This document shows, piece after piece, positions 55,401 to 64,000 of a stretch of 64,000 bases of DNA. The stretch's first letter is position 1, and the number at the start of each line of letters is the position of its first letter. Origin of the DNA: Anaeramoeba ignava BMAN (taxonomy: Eukaryota; Protista; Anaeramoebae); assembly GCA_028826165.1 (NCBI GenBank), contig JAPDFW010000067.1, forward strand, positions 248,001 through 312,000, read 5' to 3'. A program made the translations under genes and the position numbers. Below the pieces are notes generated by a model. That model was not told where the DNA came from, did no database searches, and saw only the letters and a program-made list of their open reading frames with translations.

Positions 55401-57416
55401 TATTTTGGTTAATGACGAGATGCTCCACATAAAACCACTGTATTCTCGGAATGTGTTCTTTATTTCTGGATGTTGCTTCATCAATATTGTAAAAACAGAA
55501 AGAAGATCTGTCTTGTATTCTAAATTGACAAAAGTAGGATTCATATTTTCATATTTTGATGACTGAAGGAAAACAAGTAATTCTGAGGCAATCAAATCCA
55601 AATTTTCGTGACTCAGTATTTGTGAGGCAATGAGAATATCTGATAGCAATTTGAGACGTGTTTGTGGAAATTGTAAAAAATGGAAAAGAATTTTGAATCC
55701 ATTTTTCGATTTGAATTCTTGCAAAATATCTGAGTTTATGTGAAATAAAGCAAAAAGAACTGATGATAAAGAAGAAACATTGTAAGCTATTTTTTTGAAA
55801 ATGAGAGCGCTATCGTTGTCATGATCCACTTTTGAAAATATTTGCTTATTCGTGTTATTTGGATTGGATTGATGGGTTATAGTAGGACAATTTTTGACTT
55901 GGTAATCTAATTTTTGAAGAATCACGCCAACAATTCCAGCCTCAAAATATTGAGTTGAGACAAAAAAATGGTTTGAAACTACAGCGACAATATGTTTACA
56001 AAAAGAGTGGAAAAGAGTATTTTCGCTTCTGAGAAAAATATCGAAATAGAGTTTAAGATCAGAAGTGATATCACAATTTTTAAGCATAAACGCAATTAAA
56101 TCAAGATTCCTTTGTTGGTTAGTGAGGGATTGTCTGCTGAAGTTGTGGAAAAGAGATTGGATGATTTGTTCTTTGTAAGTAAAGAAAAGATCGGGATCCC
56201 AATTTTTCAAGTTTTCGAAAACATTCAAAATTTTATCCTCAATATCCCAAGCGATAGAGAACTGCTTATAAAGATAAAGCAAGATCCGAAAAGCAAAGCA
56301 GTTTCTGTATTTTGTAGAGTGGTTTTCTCCAAGCGGGGATAGGATCTCGAAGCCATAATCAACAACCATATTTGATTCCAAATCCGATTTCGAAACAAAA
56401 ACAAATTGGATCACAACTTTTAAAAGAGAACCGAAATGCGGTTCGTCAGGAAAGCTGTGAAATTGAAGCAAAACTCGGTATAAAATGGAGAAACCAAAGT
56501 TAATGTGAAACGCATGGATTAAAGAACCGAGATTTTCTGAAAAGGATTCTTGGAAACAGAAAAGAAACAACTTGAACAGATTTATCACAAGTAAAAATTG
56601 TGGTGATTTTTGCTTCATGACTCTGCAGATAATCGCTAGAGTATAGTTTGTTAATTCGGTGGCTTTTATCCCGTTCTTTCTGGGATATAAATGCGATTTT
56701 TTAAGCCACAAATAAAGCACTTTCAATAAATAAAAAGTTATTTTTGATGGGATTGAATTTGAAGAAAGAAAACGAAGCAAAAAAATGATATTTTGTTTTT
56801 CAAGTGTTTGTCCAAGATAATTATGATGCATGAAGTTTTCAAGAATAAAAAGTACAATTACAAAACTTTTCCATTCGTTTTTTGGGATTTGTTGTGATTG
56901 TTTGTAGTTTCTAAGTTCGTTTTTATACAAATTCAATTTGGGATAAGAATCATCTAGAAAATCTTCTGGATTGTAAAAAAGATCTTCTTGTTTTGAAGTG
57001 AATTTGCAAAAAGGAGCCAAAAAAATTGGGAGTTTGAAAAATGTTGAAACAAATTTTTTTGGAATTGGCAATCCTTTTTCTGTTATTAAATAAAATATTT
57101 GTAAAGTTTTTAGCGTTTTTTCTTTTTGTAAAAATTTTATAACCATTTTTTCTAAATTTGATTCTTGCTTTAAATTCTTTGTTAAATTAAATAGAAAATA
57201 TAAAAATAGTTCTTTTGAAAATGTTGTTGAAGATTTAGTTTGAAAAGATTCAATTTCATAATATTGTTTTGATAATAATTTCAAGTAAATGGGGATTATT
57301 TTGGAAATTATTTTGTGTTTTTGAGGTGTTTTTGATAAATGATTATATGTTGAAAAGAGTATTTGATATTTTTGTAAATTTTTTATAATTTTTATATTTT
57401 TTATATTTTTTTGCAT
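46497..57416 (-). CDS. BEACH-WD40 protein (LYST/Lvs/neurobeachin superfamily), 3639 aa, single ORF
   Basis: ConA/LamG-like WFSY...[20 protein letters not shown]; PH domain [81 protein letters not shown]; WD40 GH...[13 protein letters not shown]. Confidence 0.95.
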   Translation of the reverse strand: [3639 protein letters not shown]

Positions 57417-57474
57417 TTAAAAAAAAAAAATGAAAAAAAAAAATTAAAAAAAAAAATTAAAAAAAAATATTTCA

Positions 57475-58035
57475 TCAAATTAAAATTAAAATCAAAATTA
57501 AAATCAAAATTAAAACTAATATTAAAATTAAAATTAAAATTAAAATTTAAAATTAAAATAAAATTTGAAATTAAAATCAAATTTAAAATTAAAATTAAAT
57601 TAAAATCAAAATTAAAATTAAAATTAAAATTAAAATTAAAATCAAATTTAAAATTAAAATTAAATTCAAATTAAAATTTAAAATTAAAATTAAAATCAAA
57701 TTTAAAATTAAAATTAAAATTATAATTAAAATTAAAAATCAAAATTAAAATCAAAATTAAAATTAAAATTAAAATTAAAATTAAAATTAAAATCAAATTC
57801 AAAATTAAAATTTAAAATTAAAATTGAAATTGAAATTAAAATTAAAATCAAATTAAAATTCAAAATTTAAAATTAAAATTATAATTAAAATTAAAATTAA
57901 AATTAAATTAAATTTAAAATTAAAATTAAAATTAAAATTAAAATTAAAATCAAAATTAAAATTAAAATTATAATTAAAATTAAAATTATAAAATTAAAAT
58001 TAAAATTAAAATTAAAATTAAAATTAAAATTAAAA
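57475..58035. repeat. (AAAATT)n satellite in the divergent intergenic region
   Basis: Seen directly. Confidence 0.9.
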
Positions 58036-58353
58036 AAAAGATCAAATTGAAAAATTTTCGCTTTTAGAATTTTGTCTTTTTATTTTTTTTCTTTAATTTT
58101 TTTAATTTTATTTCCTGTCTTTTTTTTTTATACATTTACTTTTATTTCCTGTCTTTTTTTTTTACTTATTAACTTTTATTTTTTCAATTTTCCATTTTAA
58201 AAATAAACGATCAAATAAATACAAAAATCACTAAGCAAAATAGCAAACAAACAAAAAACAACAAATTATTATAAAAAAAAAACTAATTAAAAGACAACAA
58301 AAAAAGGGTTTAAAAAAAATAAGAAAAAAAAATTTTTTTTAAAATAAATTAGA

Positions 58354-61300
58354 ATGGAATTTAAAAAGGAAATTGAATACGCATTTAAAATGAAGGTAAA
58401 TAATGATTTAATTCAATTTTTTTTTATCTTTTATAATAATTTTATTATTATTTTCTTTTGGGTTTCATTTGATCCCCCTTTTAATTAAAATTTTATTTGG
58501 ATTTTTTTTCTTTTTTCTTTTTTCTTTTTTTTTTTTGAAGTCTAATTTCTAATTTCAAAATTTTTTTTAATTAAATTAATTAAAAACCATTTTTCTTTTT
58601 TTTTCTTTTATTTTTTAATTATTGAATTAATAAATAAATTAATTTGTTTATATTTTATTATATTTTGGATGAATAAGAGGGTTTCAGAGACTATAATTTT
58701 ACAAATTTTATTAGAACATGCTTGTGTTAATGAAATGAAATCACTAGTTGATCTAATTTTCAAAAAAAAGCCTGATCTTATTGATGATCCACTTACTTCA
58801 AAAGAAACAAAAAGAATTTGGAATTTATATCAATTAATCTCAATTTCTTGTTTAGAAGAATTTAAACAAAAAAAATCTTTATTAATTGAAGTTGATGATG
58901 TTAAAAATAATTGTTTTTTTAGAGAACAAGTAAAATATCAAATAATATTTAATCAATAAATAATCAATAAATAATCAATAAATAATCAATAAATAATCAA
59001 TAAATAATCAATATATAATCAATATTTAATCAATAAATAATCAATATTTAATTAATATTTAATCAATATTTAATCAATATTTAATCAATATTTAATCAAT
59101 ATTTAATCAATATTTAATTAATAAATAATCAATATTTAATCAATATTTAATCAATAAATAATCAATAAATAATCAATATTTAATCAATAAAGAAAATCAA
59201 TATTTAATCAAAATCAATATTTTAATCAATATTTAATCAATATTTAATCAATATTTAATCAATATTTAATCAATATTTAATCAATATTTAATCAATATTT
59301 TAATCAATAAATAATCAATATTTAATCAATATTTAATCAATATTTAATCAATATTTTAAATATTTAATCAATATTTGTCAATATTTAATCAATATTTAAT
59401 CAAATTTAATTTAATCAATATTTTTAAATAATCAATATTTTTAATATTTAATCAATATTTAATCAATATTTAATCAATAAATAATCAATTAATATTTAAT
59501 CAATATTTAATCAATAAATAATCAATATTTAATCAATAATCAATATTTAATCAATATTTAATCAATATTTAATCAATATTTAATCAATATTTTTGTCAAT
59601 ATTTAATCAATATTTAATCAATAAATCAATATTTAATCAATATTTTAATCAATATTTAATCAATATTTAATCAATATTTTAATCAATATTTAATCAATAT
59701 AATCAATATTTATTTAATCAATATTTAATCAATATTTAATCAATATTTAATTAATATTAATCAATATTTAATCAATAAATAATCAATATTTAATTAATAT
59801 TTGTCAATAATTCAATCAATATATAATTAATATTTAATCAATATTTAATCAATATTTAATCAATATTTAATCAATATTTAATCAATATTTTAATCAATAT
59901 ATAATTAATATTTGGTTATTATTTAATAATATTTTAATCAACAAATAATCAATATTTAATCAATAAATAATCAATATTTAATCAATATTTAATCAATATT
60001 TAATCAATAAATAATCAATATTTTAACAATATTTAATTAATAAATAATCAATATTTAATCAATATATTTAATCAATATTTAATCAATATTTAATCAATAT
60101 TTAAATTTAATATTTCAATCAATAATATAATCAATATATTAATCAATATTTAATCAATATTTAATCAATATTTTGTCAATTTAATATTTGTCAATATTTT
60201 AATCAATATTTAATCAATATTTTAATCAATATTTAATCAATATTTAATCAATATTTAATCAATATTTAATCAATATATAATCAATATTTAATCAATATTT
60301 AATCAATATTTAATCAATATATAATTAATATTTAATCAATATTTAATCAATATTTAATCAATATATAATTAATATTTAATCAATATTTAATCAATATTTA
60401 ATCAATATTTTAATCAATATTTAATCAATATTTAATCAATATTTAATCAATATTTAATCAATATATAATAATATATAATCAATATTTAATCAATATTTAA
60501 TAATATTTAATTTTATTTATTTATTCAATATTTAACCAATATTTAACCAATATTTAATCAATATTTAATTAATAAATAATTAATAAATAATCAATATTTA
60601 CAATAAATAATTAATAAATAATTAATAAATAATTAATAAATAATCAATAAATAATTAATATTTAATCAATATTTAATCAATATTTAATCAATATTTAATC
60701 AATATTTAACAATATATCAATCACAAATAATAAACAAATAATCAATAAATAATTAATATTTAATCAATATTTAATCATATTTTATTAATATTTTAATATT
60801 TAATCAATATATAATCAATATTTAATCAATATTTAATAATATATAATCAATATATAATCAATATTTAATCAATATTTAATCAATATTTAATCAATATTTA
60901 ATCAATATTTAATAAATAATCAATATTTAATCAATATTTAATCAATATTTAATCAATATTTAATCAATATTTAATCAATATTTAATTAATAAATAATCAA
61001 TATTTAATCAATATTTAATTAATATTTAATCAATATTTAATCAATTAATAAATAATCAATATTTAATTAATATTTAATCAATATTTAATCAAACAATCAA
61101 TATTTAATCAATATTAATCAATATTTTAATCAATATATTTAATCAATATTTATCAATATTTATTAATTTAAATAAATAATAAATAAAATCAATTAATATT
61201 TAATCAATATTTAAATCAATATTTAATCAATATTTTAATCAATATATAATCAATATTTTAATCAATAAATAATCAATAAATAATTAATCAATATTTGGTA

Positions 61301-63558
61301 TTATTTTAAACAATATTTAAAATCAATATTTAATCAAATATTTAATCAATAAATAATCAATATTTAAATCAATATATAATCAATAAATAATCAATATTTA
61401 ATCAATATTTAATCAATAAATAATCAATAAATAATTAATATTTTAATCAATAAAATATTTAATATTTTAATCAATATTTTAATCACAAAAATAATCAATA
61501 AATAATCAATATTTAATCAATATTTTAATTAATATTTAATTAATATTTAATTAATATTTAATTAATATTTAATTAATATTTAATCAATATTTAATTAATA
61601 TTTATCAATATTTAATCAATATTTAATTAATATATTTAATCAATATTTAATCAATATTTTAATTAATATTTAATCAATATTTAATCAATATTTAATTAAT
61701 ATTTAATCAATATTTAAATCAATATTTAATCAATATTTTCAATATTTAATCAATATTTTAATCAATATTTAATCAATATTTAATCAATATTTAATCAATA
61801 TTTAATCAATATTTAATCAATATTTAATCAATATTTTAATTATTAATCAATATTTAATCAATATTTAATCAATATTTAATCAATATTTAATCAATATTTA
61901 ATTAATATTTAATTAATATTTAATCAATATTTAATTAATATTTAACCAATATTTAATCAATATTTAATTAATAAATAATTAATAAATAATCAATATTTAC
62001 AATATTTAATTAATATTTAATCAATATTTAATCAATAAATAATCAATATTTAATCAATATTTAATCAATATTTAATCAATAAATAATCAATAAATAATTA
62101 ATAAATAATCAATATTTAAATTATTCTATTTTCTTTAGATTGTCCTTTCTTTAATGAGAGAAGGATCTTATCAAATGAAACAAGGAATTAAACAATTTTT
62201 TGAAAAAAATCAAGTCAAAGGAAATCTTATACTCCAAAATAAAAGATTACAAATTGTTTCTATTTATAAAACCTTGAAAAAATTGGAACAAGAAAACAAT
62301 CAAGATAATCCTGAAAAACTTGCAAATTTTATTGAAAAATTAAATATTCAACAAAGTTTAAAAGAATTTAAAAATTGGATTCGTTCAAAATTACTAAAAT
62401 ATTCTCCAACAAAAATAGAAGAAGTAATTTTATCCAAATTTTTTGATTATTTAATTTTAATTTAATATTTTTTTCATTTAAATACTTGATTTAGTTTGGG
62501 GTTAAATATCAAAATTTTTATCTAAAAGAACTTTTAGATGCTTCAACAATGACTTTAAAAGATTTTGAACTTGTAACTTCTGGTCAAAATGATTCAGTTA
62601 TAAATTTTTTTTCCGAAATTTTTTTGAAAGATAAAAAAAGGAAAAAAAAGGATGGAATTGAAAACAAAAAAGAAAAAGAAAATAAAAACCAAATTAAAAA
62701 TCAAATCAAAAATCAAATAAAAAATCGAAATATCAAACAAAATCCAATTAAAACAAATTCTAAAAAAATAAAAATAAAAATAAAAATAAAAATAAAAATA
62801 AAAATGTCAAATCAAAAGAGAAAAAATTAAATCGAAAAGATTCGCCAACAAAAAAACCAAGAAAAAAAAGAGCAAAATCAAAAAGAGTTTTTTGGACTGA
62901 TATGGAAACAAATTATTTAATTTATGGAACTCAAAAACATGGAGTTGGAAAATGGTCAACAATTCTTTCAGATCCAACTTTAAAGTTTCATGATAAAAGA
63001 AAACCACATGATCTCAAAGATAAATGGAGAAATTTAATTAAAAGATATTCAAATAATCCCAATGAAACTCAAAACCAAAACCAAAATCAAATTCAAAATC
63101 AAAATCAAAATCAAATTGAAAATCAAAATCAAATTGAAAATCAAAATCAAATTCAAAATCAAATTCAAATTGAAAATCAAATTCAAATTGAAAATCAAAA
63201 TCAATTTCAAAATCAAAATCAATTTCAAATTGAAAATGAAAATCAAAATCAATTTCAAAATCAAATTGAAAATCAATTTCAAATTGAAAATCAAATTGAA
63301 AATCAAATTCAAAATCAAAATCAAAATGAAAATCAATTTCAAAATCAAATTCAAATTGAAAATCAAATTGAAAATCAATTTCAAAATCAAATTCAAATTG
63401 AAAATGAAAATCAATTTCAAAATCAAATTGAAATTCAAAATGAATTTATTGAAAATATCCAAAAAAATATTCAAAACATTTCCAAAAATCAAGAAATGAT
63501 TTATGAAGAAAAACAAAAGAGGAAATCAACTCAAAACAAAATTAAGAAAAAAATATAA
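58354..63558 (+). CDS. Telobox Myb (TRF/TRFL-like) telomere-repeat-binding protein. Exons 58354-58395, 58678-58929, 62139-62423, 62495-63558 (frame break near 62765)
   Basis: RVFWTDMETNYLIYGTQKHGVGKWSTIL....F...RKPHDLKDKWRNL is a telobox Myb domain. Three phase-0 GT-AG introns join a helical N-terminal region. Confidence 0.8.
58940..62120. repeat. 11-bp satellite (TTTAATCAATA)n filling the 3209-nt intron 58930-62138
   Basis: Seen directly. Confidence 0.95.
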
Positions 63559-63816
63559 TTTAGTTTCAATTTTAAATTATAGAAAATTTAAAGTATGAAT
63601 TCCTTTTTTTTTTATAAGGAAATTTTTTTAAGTAATGCAGATAGTTCCTTTTTTTTTTGATTAAAATTTCTCTTTTTCTTTTTCTTTTTTTTTTGTTAGA
63701 AAAAAAGTTAAATTTTTTTCTGTTAAATTAGTTAAGAATTGAAAAATTCTTTCTTTCTTTTTTGTTTTGATTTATTATTTAATTTAAAAAGAAAAATTAA
63801 TTAATTGATTAATAGA

Positions 63817-63941
63817 TTAATATTTGCTATAATGAAATGAATGTGTTTTTGCTAATTCTTGATAACCAAGATAAATAGGATCATAATAACCAGATAAATG
63901 AAGCATTGAATCTCCTTCAATTCTCCATTGAAATTCTTTTT
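63817..63941 (-). CDS. Probable last exon of a gene starting beyond the window
   Basis: After a TTTAG acceptor it reads KEFQWRIEGDSMLHLSGYYDPIYLGYQELAKTHSFHYSKY*; coding-like composition, preceded by a satellite-like intron. Confidence 0.55.
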
Positions 63942-64000
63942 CTAAATTTATAAGTAAATTTATAAGTAAATTTGTAAGTAAGTTTATAAGTAAATTTGTA

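Overview
Extremely AT-rich, intron-containing eukaryotic DNA. The NQ/NE-rich proteins, the BTB-BACK-TLDc expansion and the satellite-filled introns suggest an anaerobic protist such as Anaeramoeba (inference only). I can build about 17 gene models with GT-AG introns: SERINC (partial), a small 4-TM protein, an ENT nucleoside transporter, three BTB-BACK-TLDc genes, ABHD17, a compact TYW3, CNOT1, an F-box/multipass membrane protein, a Cys-rich single-pass protein, a divergent SIN3, a giant BEACH-WD40 protein, a telobox (TRF-like) Myb protein, a partial last exon, and two armadillo-array genes. The main finding is at 22.8-33.9 kb: two tandem cassettes share a (ATCA)n boundary, upstream region, C-terminal armadillo array and 3' end, but carry unrelated N-terminal ubiquitin-ligase-type modules (BTB-coiled coil versus RING-kinase-SH3). 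Each ARM repeat is one symmetric phase-1 exon, duplicated together with its intron. The scaffold DNA is nearly invariant while residues on one face of helix 3 vary, which fits a diversifying, exon-modular recognition system. The ORF track misses almost all of this array. Other observations: no GTAAG among 34 modelled splice donors, A-rich acceptors, kb-long introns made of single satellites, a probable 5-nt microexon, and four frame breaks that are probably assembly errors.
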